From an uncultured Actinomycetes bacterium (GTDB lineage Bacteria; Actinomycetota; Thermoleophilia; Solirubrobacterales; Solirubrobacteraceae): DNA of 24,000 nt. A program made the translations under genes and the position numbers. Location: the NCBI GenBank assembly GCA_963803375.1, contig CAWDMB010000007.1, forward strand, positions 117,140-141,139, read 5' to 3'. The notes under the pieces were generated by a model. It saw only the letters and a list, made by a program, of their open reading frames with translations. It did not search any database and had not been told where the DNA came from. The stretch's first letter is position 1; each line of letters begins with the position of its first letter. Shown in pieces: positions 1 through 9,200 of this stretch.

Positions 1-1285
1 GCAAGCGGGCGGCGAAGCTGCCGTCGCGGCGCGTGCGCACCGACCCGGCGCCCGCGTAGCGCGCGCCGCGCCGCGCTTCTCGAGCCAGGAGGCGCAGCCG
101 CGCGCCCGCGATCGCGCGCCCGGCCGCGTTGCGCAGCGTCCCGCGGACCGTCGCCTCGCGGCCGAAGCCCACCGTGGCCGTGGCCCGCAGGACCGACACG
201 CGCCGGCGCTTGCCCTTCACCCGGCGCACGACCGTCCTGCGGAAGCCCGCGCTCAGCCGCGCCCCGTCGCCGGCGCCGAGACCGTTCCCGCGCCCGCGCG
301 CAGCCACGGCGAAGGGGGCCGAAACGGTCTGATTGCCGGCGGCGTCGGTCACCCGCAGCAGCAGCGCGTGGCGGCCCACGAGCTGCTTGGCGGGCGCGAC
401 CGCGCCGGCCGGGAGGTCCTGGCAGGGCAGCGAGCGGCGAAAGTCGCACGCGCCCGCCAGGACGCCGGTGACCACGGGCCGGGCGGGGTTGGTGACGTCG
501 ACGAGCTCGGCGCGGCGGATGCCGGTGTTGTCGCTCGCCCCGAAGCCGACGGCCTCGGCGCCCGTCCGCGGGCCGGGGGCGAGCAGGCCCTCCCCCGCGC
601 GCACGAAGAGCGCGGGCGGACTGGGGTCGTCGACCGTGACGCGCGCGCCGGTCAGGCGCACGCCGACGTCGGCGCCGCCATCCAGGGCGCACGGCGAGGA
701 CGCGCCCGCCCAGCACCCCGCCTGGATCGACATCGTCGTGGGCGCCGAGACGCGAAGCGCGATCGGGGACGCTGCGCGCTGGAGCACGATCGCGGTCTCG
801 GGCACGTCCTTGACCTGGACATCGCCGAGCCCCACGTAGCCGAGCCAGCGGCCCTCCTCGTTGAGCGCGGCCTGCTCGTCGGGGTCCCACTGGCCCGCGC
901 CGAGGACAACCGCGTCACCGAGGGTGACGATCGCGTCGGTGCTCTCCGAAGGCGCCGCGACCCAGCGCATGCCGAGGCGCAGCTGGTAGTCGGCGATCGT
1001 CGTGCCCGGCGGCGCCTGGAAGCGCAGCCCCGCGTACGTGCCCTGCGGGTAGCTGAAGCCCGGCGCGAGCGCGACCCCGATCGGGTCGCGGGGGACGGCG
1101 CACGACGCGTCGGTCTGGAAGCGCCCGTCGCCGGCGGGCGCATTGGAGGCCGCCCAGGCGAGGTTGGCGTAGAGACCGCCGCCGCTCTCGCACGTGACGA
1201 CGTCGTAGGTGCCCGCGCGGGCGAGGCCCGGCGCGGCGAGCGCGAGCGCGAGCACGGTCAGCAGGATCGCCGGCCTCGGAGCCAC
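1..1285 (-). CDS. secreted hypothetical protein (3' end lies beyond the window edge)
   Basis: Not in the supplied ORF track because it runs off the edge. The reverse-strand frame opening at GTG 1285-1283 stays open for 428 codons down to position 1, with strong G/C at third codon positions. The N-terminus VAPRPAILLTVLALALAAPGLARA/GTYDV looks like a Sec signal peptide with an AxA cleavage site. The distal part (VGFGREATVRGTLRNAAGRAIAGARLRLL) resembles the start of a carboxypeptidase-regulatory-like beta-sandwich. ORFs 368..1408(+), 652..1143(-) and 915..1475(-) are Arg/Ala/Pro-rich shadow frames of this gene. Confidence 0.6.
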   Translation of the reverse strand, partial: MAPRPAILLTVLALALAAPGLARAGTYDVVTCESGGGLYANLAWAASNAPAGDGRFQTDASCAVPRDPIGVALAPGFSYPQGTYAGLRFQAPPGTTIADYQLRLGMRWVAAPSESTDAIVTLGDAVVLGAGQWDPDEQAALNEEGRWLGYVGLGDVQVKDVPETAIVLQRAASPIALRVSAPTTMSIQAGCWAGASSPCALDGGADVGVRLTGARVTVDDPSPPALFVRAGEGLLAPGPRTGAEAVGFGASDNTGIRRAELVDVTNPARPVVTGVLAGACDFRRSLPCQDLPAGAVAPAKQLVGRHALLLRVTDAAGNQTVSAPFAVAARGRGNGLGAGDGARLSAGFRRTVVRRVKGKRRRVSVLRATATVGFGREATVRGTLRNAAGRAIAGARLRLLAREARRGARYAGAGSVRTRRDGSFAARL

Positions 1286-1311
1286 GTCGCCTGCAACCCG
1301 CCGGAGGTCGC

Positions 1312-2523
1312 TCAGATGCGGTGGCGCTGTAGGAGCTTCTTGCCGATGACCATGCGCTGGATCTCCGACGTCCCCTCGCCGATGAGCAGCAGCGGCGCAT
1401 CGCGGTAGAGGCGCTCGATCTCGTACTCCTTGGAGTAGCCGTAGCCGCCGTGGACCCGGAAGGACTCCTCGACACATGTGCGCGCGGCCTCGGAAGCGAA
1501 GAGCTTGGCCATGCCGGCCTCGAGGTCCGAGCGCTCGCCGGCGTCCTTGAGCCGGGCGGCGCGCAACGTCAGCAGCCGCGCGGCGTCGACCTGCGTGGCC
1601 ATGTCGGCGAGCTTGAACTGGATCGCCTGGTGCTCGGCGATCGGCTTGCCGAACGTCCGGCGCTGCTGGGAGTAGACGAGCGCGAGCTCGAGCGCCCGCT
1701 GCGCGATGCCCACGCCTCGCGCGGCGACGTTCACGCGCCCGACCTCGAGCGCGTCCATCATCTGCGCGAACCCGTTGTCGAGCCCGGCCTCCTCGCCGCC
1801 GAGGACGTTCTCGGCCGGGCAGTGGTAGCCGTCGAAGACCAGCTCGGTCGACTCGACGCCCTTGTAGCCGAGCTTGCGGATCTTCGGCGGGACCGTGAAG
1901 CCGGCGTAGGCGCCGGTGTTCTCGCCGACGCCGGACTCCTTCTCGGCGATGAAGCAGGTCATCCCCTTGTGGCGCGGCTCGGCGTCGGGGTCGGTCCGGA
2001 CGAGCACGAAGACGACCCCGGACATGAGCCCGTTCGTGACCCACATCTTCTGACCGTTGATCTCGTAGCCGCCGTCGTCGACCTTGCGGGCCGACGTCTT
2101 GATGGCCTGCACGTCGGAGCCGAGCTCGGGCTCCGACAGCGAGAACGCGGCGCGCAGCTCGCCGGTGGCCATCCGCGGCAGGTACTTCTGGCGCTGCTCC
2201 TCGGTGCCGTACTTCAGCAGCAGGTAGGTCCCGATGAAGTGCGTGTTGATGATGCCGCTGATCGATATCCAGCCACGCGAGAGCTCCTCGACGACCATCG
2301 TGTAGGTCGTCAGGTCGAGCCCCAGCCCCCCGTACTCCTCGGGGATCGTGATCCCGAAGAGGCCGAGCTCCTGCATCTGCTCGACGATCGCGGTGGGGTA
2401 GCTGTCCTCCGCATCGTGATGCTCGGCCTGGGGCAGGATCTGCTCGTCTGCGAATCGGCGGACCATCTCGGTGATCGCCCGCTGCTCGTCGGTCTTCTCG
2501 AAGCTCAGGGTCGCGGCGGCCAT
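1312..2523 (-). CDS. acyl-CoA dehydrogenase
   Basis: This is the C-terminal ~403 aa of ORF 1312..3057. Segments FEKTDEQRAITEMVRRFADEQILP, GWISISGIINTH, INGQKMWVTNG and FRVHGGYGYSKEYEIERLYRDAPLLLIGEGTSEIQR fit the ACAD family. The first ~166-178 residues of the listed ORF are low-complexity read-through antisense to the ligase gene. ATG at 2523 (MAAATLSFEKTDEQ) is preferred; ATG at 2559 is an alternative. Confidence 0.9.
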   Translation of the reverse strand: MAAATLSFEKTDEQRAITEMVRRFADEQILPQAEHHDAEDSYPTAIVEQMQELGLFGITIPEEYGGLGLDLTTYTMVVEELSRGWISISGIINTHFIGTYLLLKYGTEEQRQKYLPRMATGELRAAFSLSEPELGSDVQAIKTSARKVDDGGYEINGQKMWVTNGLMSGVVFVLVRTDPDAEPRHKGMTCFIAEKESGVGENTGAYAGFTVPPKIRKLGYKGVESTELVFDGYHCPAENVLGGEEAGLDNGFAQMMDALEVGRVNVAARGVGIAQRALELALVYSQQRRTFGKPIAEHQAIQFKLADMATQVDAARLLTLRAARLKDAGERSDLEAGMAKLFASEAARTCVEESFRVHGGYGYSKEYEIERLYRDAPLLLIGEGTSEIQRMVIGKKLLQRHRI

Positions 2524-4006
2524 GGCGAGAGCATACTTCGGCAGCTCTGCCCGGCTCATCCCCCACGAGCACGTGAACTTCGCGCGCGACGTCGTCGACG
2601 CCGCCGATCCCGGCGCCCGCGCGCTCGTCGAGCTCGCGCGCGACGGCGCCCGCCGCGAGTGGTCGTTCGGCGAGGTCGCCGGGCGCGGCGCGCGGCTGGC
2701 GGGCTCGCTCGCGGCGCGCGGCGTCGGGCGTGGCGACGTCGTCCTCACGCTCGTGGGCAACCGCCCCGAGTGGGTGCTGACGATGCTCGCGTGCTTTCGC
2801 CTCGGCGCGGTCGCGCTCGCGTGCAGCGAGCAGCTGCGCGCCGGCGACCTGCGCGTGCGCCTCGCCGTGGCACGGCCGGCGCTCGTCGTCGCCGACGAGC
2901 GCAACCGCGCCGAGCTGGAGGCCGCCGCGCCCGGCTGCCCGGTGCTGCTCGTGCCCGACGAGGGCCTGTTCACGGCGGCGCCCGCGCCCGCGATCGAGCT
3001 GGCGCCCGACGAGCCGTGCCTGCTGACCTTCACGAGCGGGACCGCCGGCGAGCCCAAGGCCGTGCTCCATGCGCAGCGCTACCTGCTCGGCCAGCGGCTA
3101 CAGGCCGGGCACTGGCTCGGCGCGCGCGCCGGGGAGCTCGTCTGGTGCACGGCGGCGAGCGGCTGGAGCAAGTCGGCGCGCAACGTCTTCATCGCCCCGT
3201 GGCTGCTCGGCGCCGCGGCGCTCCTGCACGACGCGCGCTTCGATCCGCACGAGCGCCTCGAGCTCCTCGCGCGTGAGGACGTCAACGTCCTCTGCATGGC
3301 CCCGACCGAGTTCCGCGTCGTCGCCAAGCGCGCGACGCCGGGCCCGCTGCCCGCGCTGCGCGGGCTCGTGGCCGCGGGCGAGGCCCTCAACCCCGAGGTC
3401 CTGCGCGCCTGGGAGCAGGCGACTGGCCTGCAGATCCGCGACGGCTACGGGCAGACCGAGACCGGCCAGATCACCGCCAACCGCGCGGGCGAGCCGGCGC
3501 GCCCGGGCTCGATGGGCCGGCCGCTGCCGGGCGTGCGCGTGTGGGTGGACGGCGGCGAGCTCGTCGTGGACCCCGGCAGCGTGCCGACGTTCTTCCTGCG
3601 CTACCTCGGCGAGCCGCCGCCCCGCGGCCCGTGGCGAACGGGCGACCGCGTCTCCGTCGACGACGATGGCTTCCTGTGGTTCGAGGGCCGGACGGACGAC
3701 GTCATCATCTCCGCGGGCTACCGGATCGGGCCCTTCGAGGTCGAGTCCGCGCTCGTCGAGCACCCGGCGGTGGCCGAGGCGGCCGTCGTCGCCGCCCCGG
3801 ACGAGGAGCGCGGCAGCGTGGTGCGCGCGATCGTCGTCCTGCGCGACGGCGTCGATGGCACCGACGCGCTCGCCCGAACGCTCCAGGACCACGTCAAGGC
3901 GCGCACCGCGCCGTACAAGTACCCGCGGCTCGTCGAGTGGGCCGACACGCTGCCCAAGACGGCGAGCGGCAAGGTGCGCCGCGCGCTCCTGCGCGGCAAG
4001 GACTGA
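2522..4006 (+). CDS. AMP-dependent acyl-CoA synthetase/ligase (medium-chain ACS-like)
   Basis: ORF 2471..4006. It has the adenylate-forming motifs TFTSGTAGEPKAV (core I), DGYGQTETG, TGDRVSVDDDGFLWFEGRTDDVIISAGYRIGPFEVESAL and a C-terminal PKTASGKVRR. The start is uncertain: ATG 2522, or GTG 2573 (MNFARDVVD...), which matches usual N-termini better. Confidence 0.9.
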   Translation: MARAYFGSSARLIPHEHVNFARDVVDAADPGARALVELARDGARREWSFGEVAGRGARLAGSLAARGVGRGDVVLTLVGNRPEWVLTMLACFRLGAVALACSEQLRAGDLRVRLAVARPALVVADERNRAELEAAAPGCPVLLVPDEGLFTAAPAPAIELAPDEPCLLTFTSGTAGEPKAVLHAQRYLLGQRLQAGHWLGARAGELVWCTAASGWSKSARNVFIAPWLLGAAALLHDARFDPHERLELLAREDVNVLCMAPTEFRVVAKRATPGPLPALRGLVAAGEALNPEVLRAWEQATGLQIRDGYGQTETGQITANRAGEPARPGSMGRPLPGVRVWVDGGELVVDPGSVPTFFLRYLGEPPPRGPWRTGDRVSVDDDGFLWFEGRTDDVIISAGYRIGPFEVESALVEHPAVAEAAVVAAPDEERGSVVRAIVVLRDGVDGTDALARTLQDHVKARTAPYKYPRLVEWADTLPKTASGKVRRALLRGKD

Positions 4007-4010
4007 TGGC

Positions 4011-4038
4011 GATCACGGTCAGCGACCTGACCGGGATC
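4011..4038. terminator. hairpin between the convergent ligase and aminotransferase genes
   Basis: gatcacggtcag-cgac-ctgaccgggatc pairs 11 of 12 bp with a 4-nt loop. It lies in the 48-nt gap between the two stop codons. There is no U-tract, so it would be an I-shaped terminator or just a stabilising hairpin. Confidence 0.4.
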
Positions 4039-4054
4039 GTGACGAGCCGTGCGC

Positions 4055-5452
4055 TCAGGCGGTCAGCTCGCGCGCCATCTCGGCGAAGACGCCGACGTAG
4101 GCGTCGACGGCCTCCTCGGTGTGGGTGACCGAGAGCGTCCACTCCTCCTCGCGGCCGGGCGTCATGAAGATCCCGCGGTTCATGTTGAACAGCCACGCGA
4201 GGTCGGCGAGCTCGGCGTCCTGGTTGGCCTTGAAGGTCTCGTAGTCGACGATCCTCACGGGCGAGAACGTCACGCAGCCCTTCGAGCCGACGCCGACGGC
4301 GTAGCCCGGCAGGTTGTGGCGCTCGATGACCTCGGCGCAACCGCGCAGGATGCGATCGTTGAGCGCGTCGAGGCGCTCGTAGGCGTCGGGGGTGAGCACC
4401 TCGAGCAGGTTCGCGCGCGCGGCCGCCATGCCGAGCGGGTTGCCGTTGTAGGTCCCCACCTGGAAGACGCTGCCGTCCTCGACGACCGACATGACGTCCG
4501 CGCTGGCGCCGATCGCGCCGCTCGGCAGGCCGCCGCCGAGCGCCTTGGCCAGCGTCACCATGTCGGGCACGACCCCCCAGCGCTCGACCGCGCCGCCGGC
4601 CGCGATGCACAGGCCGGTCTTGACCTCGTCGAAGATCAGCACGATGCCGCGGCGGGCGGTGATGTCGCGCACGGCCTGCAGGTAGCCGTCCTCGGGAAGC
4701 ACGACGCCGAGGTTCATCATCGCCGGCTCCATGATCACGCAGGCCGGCTTGCGGCCCTCGCGTTCGAGCGCGGCGATGCGCCGCTCCATCGACTCGGCGT
4801 CGTTGAAGTGCACCGCGAAGACCTGGTCGACCGTCGCCTGCGGGATGCCGGCCCCGTAGGGCAGCGAGCGCGGCGCGTCGTGCGGGCCGATCTCGTCGTA
4901 GGCCACGCCGATCGAGACCATCACCGTGTCGTGGTGGCCGTGGTAGGAGCCGAAGATCTTCAGCACCGTGTCGCGCCCGGTCTTGGCCCGCGCGATCCGG
5001 ATCGCGTCCATCGTGGACTCCGACCCCGAGTTCGTGTAGCGCCAGCGCTCGAGGCCCCAGCGCCGCGCGAGCTCCTCGGCGACGACGACGGCGTCCTCGG
5101 TCGGCGCCGCGAAGTGGGTCCCGCGCCCGTAGCGCTCGGTCACCGCGCGGCCGATGGCCGGGTGCGCGTGGCCCTGGACCATCGAGCCGAAGCCGTTGTG
5201 GAAGTCCCACATGCGGTTGCCGTCGACATCCCACACGACCGGTCCCTCGCCGTGCTCGAGGTAGATCGGCCACGGCTCGCGCACCTGGTAGGAGGACGCC
5301 ACGCCCGCGCTGAGCACGCGGGCGGCGCGCTTGAACATGGCCAGCGACGCCCCGGTGGACGCGTTCAGGCGCGCCTCCTCGCGCTCGGTGAGCTCGCGGA
5401 TGCGCTCGCGGTCGAGCGCGACGGGCGTGGTCGCTGCCATGGTCTCGGTCAC
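4055..5452 (-). CDS. class-III (PLP-dependent) aminotransferase, glutamate-1-semialdehyde aminomutase-like
   Basis: ORF 4055..5452 (465 aa, GTG start). Family-typical segments: DVDGNRMWDFHNGFGSMVQGHAHP, YTNSGSESTMDAIRIARAKTGR, GSYHGHHD, and LIFDEVKTG, which carries the PLP lysine. Confidence 0.9.
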   Translation of the reverse strand: MTETMAATTPVALDRERIRELTEREEARLNASTGASLAMFKRAARVLSAGVASSYQVREPWPIYLEHGEGPVVWDVDGNRMWDFHNGFGSMVQGHAHPAIGRAVTERYGRGTHFAAPTEDAVVVAEELARRWGLERWRYTNSGSESTMDAIRIARAKTGRDTVLKIFGSYHGHHDTVMVSIGVAYDEIGPHDAPRSLPYGAGIPQATVDQVFAVHFNDAESMERRIAALEREGRKPACVIMEPAMMNLGVVLPEDGYLQAVRDITARRGIVLIFDEVKTGLCIAAGGAVERWGVVPDMVTLAKALGGGLPSGAIGASADVMSVVEDGSVFQVGTYNGNPLGMAAARANLLEVLTPDAYERLDALNDRILRGCAEVIERHNLPGYAVGVGSKGCVTFSPVRIVDYETFKANQDAELADLAWLFNMNRGIFMTPGREEEWTLSVTHTEEAVDAYVGVFAEMARELTA

Positions 5453-5528
5453 CTCTGTGCGACGGGAGTGGCGAGCTTAGCTCGGCGAGGACGCCCGTCA
5501 GCGCCCGGTACGAGGGCGACGGCGTTGG

Positions 5529-6626
5529 TCAGCGCGCCTCGGCCTGCCTTCGACCGAGCACGTCGCGCACGTGGCGCGCGATCTCGAGGTCCTCGCGCGC
5601 GAGCACGACCACGGTGCGCACCGCCGATCCGTCGGCGCTGATCTCGGCGTCGCCGTCCACGGCCTCGTTGTGCGCGGCGTCGACCACGACGCCGAGGAAC
5701 GCGAGCCCGCCGGCGGCGAGCGCGCGCACCGGCGCCGAGCGCTCGCCGACCCGGCCGGTGAAGCACAGCGCGTCGAGGCCGCCCAGCGCGGCGGCCATGG
5801 CCGCGATCCCGGCCCGCAGGCGGTGGACGTAGACGCCGAGCGCGAGCCGCGCTGCGCCGTCGTCGCGGGCGAGGACCTCGCGCATGTCGGCGGTGCCCGC
5901 GAGCGCCAACAGGCCCGACTCGCGCTCGAGCGCGTGCGCGACCTCGCCGACGTCGAGGCCGGCGTGCTCGACGAGCCAGGTCACCAGGCCGGGGTCGACC
6001 GTGCCCGAGCGCGTCGCCATGACGAGACCCTCGAGCGGGGTGAAGCCCATCGTCGTGTCAACCGAGCGCCCGACGCGCACCGCGCACAGCGACGCCCCCG
6101 CGCCCAGGTGGCAGATCACGACCCGCGCCGCCTCGTCGCCGACGAGCTCGGCGGTCCGCCGCGCCGCGTACGCGTGGGAGAGCCCGTGGAAGCCGTAGCG
6201 GCGGACGGCGAGGCGCTCGCGCCAGTCGCTCGGCACGGCGTAGGTAAAGGCCTCGGGCGCCAGCGTGGCGTGGAAGGCCGTGTCGAAGCAGGCGACCGCC
6301 GGCACCTGCGGCCGGGCGGCGCGCACGGCGCACAGCGCCTCGAGCGCGGGCGGGACGTGCAGGGGAGCCAGTGCCGCGACCTCGCGCAGGGCATCGAGCA
6401 CCTCGTCGTCGACGCGCACCGGCGCCGTGAGGTGGGGGCCGCCGTGTACGAGCCGATGACCCGTCGCGTCGGGCGACCCGAGCGCGTCGAGCGCGTCGCG
6501 GAGCTCCCTCTCGGGGGCACGACCGCCCGGCGCGTCGAGGTCCCGGCGCCCGAGCACCTCGTCGCCCGGCCCGAGCAGCGCGAGCTTCATGCTGCTCGAA
6601 CCCGCGTTGACGACGAGGACCCGCAC
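5529..6626 (-). CDS. ackA: acetate kinase
   Basis: The listed ORF 5529..6920 overextends into xfp. The family match begins at VRVLVVNAGSSSMKLAL (GTG at 6626-6624). Further motifs are GHRLVHGG, FDTAFH, RRYGFHGLSH, ICHLGAGASLCAV and DTTMGFTPLEGLVMATRSG. The start lies 1 nt after the xfp stop codon. Confidence 0.9.
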   Translation of the reverse strand: MRVLVVNAGSSSMKLALLGPGDEVLGRRDLDAPGGRAPERELRDALDALGSPDATGHRLVHGGPHLTAPVRVDDEVLDALREVAALAPLHVPPALEALCAVRAARPQVPAVACFDTAFHATLAPEAFTYAVPSDWRERLAVRRYGFHGLSHAYAARRTAELVGDEAARVVICHLGAGASLCAVRVGRSVDTTMGFTPLEGLVMATRSGTVDPGLVTWLVEHAGLDVGEVAHALERESGLLALAGTADMREVLARDDGAARLALGVYVHRLRAGIAAMAAALGGLDALCFTGRVGERSAPVRALAAGGLAFLGVVVDAAHNEAVDGDAEISADGSAVRTVVVLAREDLEIARHVRDVLGRRQAEAR

Positions 6627-6627
6627 G

Positions 6628-9036
6628 CTACGCGGACTCGCCGCGCTGCACCCCGCCCGCGCCGCCGTCCGCCGGCCAGGCCCAGTCGCGCACGTCCGGC
6701 ATGTCGTCGCCGACCTGCCGCGTGTAGCGCCGGTGGCGCAGGCGCTCGTCGACCATCTCCTGGCGAACCTGAGCGCCGCGCCCGGCGAGGGACGCCACGC
6801 GGTCGATGACGTCGATGACGAGGTGGAAGCGATCGAGATCGTTGAGCATGACCATGTCGAACGGCGTCGTCGTCGTGCCCTCCTCCTTGTAGCCGCGCAC
6901 GTGGAGGTGAGCGTGGCCACGGCGACGGTAGGTCAGCTCGTGGATCAGCCGCGGGTAGCCGTGATAGGCGAAGATCACCGGCCGGTCGGCGGTGAAGAGC
7001 GCGTCGAACTCGAGGTCCGACAGCCCGTGCGGGTGCTCGCTCTCCGGCTGCAGGCGCATGAGGTCGACGACGTTGACCACCCGGATGCGCAGCCCTCCGA
7101 AGCGCCGGCGCAGCAGCATGCTCGCGGCCACGGTCTCGAGCGTCGGCACGTCCCCGGCGCAGGCGAGGACGACGTCGGGCTCCTCCCCCGCGTCGGTCGA
7201 CGCCCACTCCCAGATGCCGACCCCCCGAGTGCAGTGCGCGATCGCCTCCTCGACCGTGAGGAACTGCAGCGCCGGCTGCTTGCCGGCCACGATGACGTTG
7301 ACGTAGTCGCGCGAGCGCAGGCAGTGATCGGCCACCGACAGCAGGCAGTTGGCGTCCGGCGGCAGGTAGACCCGGACGATCTCGGCCTTCTTGTTGACGA
7401 CGTGGTCGATGAAGCCGGGATCCTGATGGGAGAAGCCGTTGTTGTCCTGGCGCCAGACGTGCGAGGAGAGCAGGTAGTTCAGCGAGGCGATCGGCCGCCG
7501 CCACGGGAGCTCGCGGGAGACCTTCAGCCACTTGGCGTGCTGGTTGAACATCGCGTCGACGATGTGGATGAAGGCCTCGTAGGAGGAGAAGAGGCCGTGG
7601 CGGCCCGTCAGGAGGTAGCCCTCGAGCCAGCCCTGACAGAGGTGCTCGCTGAGGACCTCCATGACGCGCCCGTCGGGCGCGAGGTGGTCGTCGGCGGGCA
7701 GCCGGCGCTCCTCCCACGTCCGGTCGGTGACCGCGAAGACGTCGCCCAGGCGGTTCGACGCGGTCTCGTCGGCGCCGAAGAGGCGGAAGTTCGCCGCGGA
7801 GGCGTTCAGCGCGAGGACGTCGCGCAGGTAGGCGCCGAGGACGCGGGTCGCCTCGCCGGTGACCGCGGCCGGCGCGGGTACTTCGACGCCGTGGTCGGTC
7901 CAGTCGGGGAGCTCGAGGTCGCGCAGCAGCAGCCCGCCGTTGGCGTGGGGGTTGGCGCCCATCCGGCGCCGGCCCCGCGGCGCGAGCTCGCGCAGCTCAC
8001 CGACGAGCGCGCCGTCGTCGGTGAACAGCTCCTCGGGCCGGTAGGAGCGCATCCAGGCCTCGAGCGCATCGAGGTGCCTCGGGTTGGCGGCGAGCCCGGA
8101 GAGCGGCACCTGGTGGGCGCGGAAGGTCCCCTCCACCGGCTGGCCGTCGACCTCGCGCGGGCCCGTCCAGCCCTTGGGCGTGCGCAGCACGATCATGGGC
8201 CAGCGCGGGCGCCGCTCGACGCCGTCCTCGCGCGCCGCGCGCTGCAGCGAGCGGATCTCGTCGACGACGTCGTCGAGCGTGTCCGCCATGAGCTGGTGCA
8301 TCGCGGCCGGGTCGTCGCCGGCGACGAAGCGCGGCTCGTAGCCGTACCCGACGAGCAGCGAGCGCAGCTCGTCCTCGGGGATCCGCGCGAGCACGGTCGG
8401 GTTGGCGATCTTGTAGCCGTTGAGGTGCAGGATCGCCAGCACCGCGCCGTCGCGGCGGGCGTCGAGGAACTTGTTGGAGTGCCAGCTCGTGGCCAGCGCG
8501 CCGGTCTCGGCCTCCCCGTCGCCGATCACGCAGCACGCGACGAGGTCGGGGTTGTCGAAGACCGCCCCGTAGGCGTGCATGAGCGCGTAGCCCAGCTCGC
8601 CGCCCTCGTGGATCGAGCCCGGCGTCTCGGGGGCGACGTGGCTGGGGACGCCGCCCGGGAACGAGAACTGCCGGAACAGCCGGCGCAGGCCGGTCTCGTC
8701 GTGGCCGATGTGGTGGTAGACCTCGCTGTAGGTGCCCTCGAGGTAGACGTTGGCCACGATCCCCGGTCCGCCGTGCCCGGGGCCGCAGATGTAGATCGCG
8801 TCGACGTCGCGCTCGCGGATGACCCGGTTCATGTGGACGTAGACGAAGTTCAGACCGGGCGTCGTGCCCCAGTGGCCGAGCAGGCGCGGCTTGACGTGCT
8901 CGAGGCGCAGCGGCTCGCGCAGCAGCGGGTTGTCGAGCAGGTAGATCTGCCCGACCGAGAGGTAGTTCGCCGCGCGCCAGTAGGCGTCGAGGCGGTCGAG
9001 CTCCTCGGCGGACAGGGGTCCGGCGGTGGCGGTCAC
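6628..9036 (-). CDS. xfp: xylulose-5-phosphate/fructose-6-phosphate phosphoketolase
   Basis: 802-aa [59 protein letters not shown] and GDGEAETG match the thiamine-diphosphate phosphoketolase family end to end. It has a GTG start preceded by an AAGGAG Shine-Dalgarno sequence. Confidence 0.95.
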   Translation of the reverse strand: MTATAGPLSAEELDRLDAYWRAANYLSVGQIYLLDNPLLREPLRLEHVKPRLLGHWGTTPGLNFVYVHMNRVIRERDVDAIYICGPGHGGPGIVANVYLEGTYSEVYHHIGHDETGLRRLFRQFSFPGGVPSHVAPETPGSIHEGGELGYALMHAYGAVFDNPDLVACCVIGDGEAETGALATSWHSNKFLDARRDGAVLAILHLNGYKIANPTVLARIPEDELRSLLVGYGYEPRFVAGDDPAAMHQLMADTLDDVVDEIRSLQRAAREDGVERRPRWPMIVLRTPKGWTGPREVDGQPVEGTFRAHQVPLSGLAANPRHLDALEAWMRSYRPEELFTDDGALVGELRELAPRGRRRMGANPHANGGLLLRDLELPDWTDHGVEVPAPAAVTGEATRVLGAYLRDVLALNASAANFRLFGADETASNRLGDVFAVTDRTWEERRLPADDHLAPDGRVMEVLSEHLCQGWLEGYLLTGRHGLFSSYEAFIHIVDAMFNQHAKWLKVSRELPWRRPIASLNYLLSSHVWRQDNNGFSHQDPGFIDHVVNKKAEIVRVYLPPDANCLLSVADHCLRSRDYVNVIVAGKQPALQFLTVEEAIAHCTRGVGIWEWASTDAGEEPDVVLACAGDVPTLETVAASMLLRRRFGGLRIRVVNVVDLMRLQPESEHPHGLSDLEFDALFTADRPVIFAYHGYPRLIHELTYRRRGHAHLHVRGYKEEGTTTTPFDMVMLNDLDRFHLVIDVIDRVASLAGRGAQVRQEMVDERLRHRRYTRQVGDDMPDVRDWAWPADGGAGGVQRGESA

Positions 9037-9040
9037 GGCG

Positions 9041-9046
9041 CTCCTT
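9041..9046 (-). promoter_or_regulatory. Shine-Dalgarno sequence of xfp
   Basis: The reverse strand reads AGAAGGAGCGCC-GTG. AAGGAG lies 4 nt upstream of the GTG at 9036. Confidence 0.5.
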
Positions 9047-9136
9047 CTGTCGGGACGGTCTCGGCGCGACGTGGCGGGTGCGGCGCGCTCACGCGTGACT
9101 CCTACCCGTCCGGGCCGGGACCGGCGCGCTCGCTAG

Positions 9137-9170
9137 CTCCGCTTGGTCCCTCGCTCCGCTTGATCCCTCG
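9137..9170. repeat. tandem 17-bp direct repeat (2 copies, 16/17 identical) in the xfp upstream region
   Basis: ctccgcttggtccctcg (9137-9153) is immediately followed by ctccgcttgatccctcg (9154-9170). The repeat lies ~100-135 nt upstream of the xfp start. Confidence 0.8.
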
Positions 9171-9200
9171 AAAGTACGCGAACGAGTCAACTTTCATAAA

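Noticed and set aside
1450-3276. Long + strand ORF (608 aa) overlapping the acyl-CoA dehydrogenase and the ligase start
   Set aside because: It is a shadow frame, antisense or offset to genes with clear family motifs. The translation is Arg/Ala/Gly/Pro low complexity, as expected for non-coding frames in ~70 % GC DNA.
3894-5641. ORFs 3894..5273(-) and 4049..5641(+) overlapping the aminotransferase
   Set aside because: Same reason. They have no recognisable motifs and extreme Arg/Gly/Asp content, while the 4055..5452(-) frame carries the full class-III aminotransferase signature.
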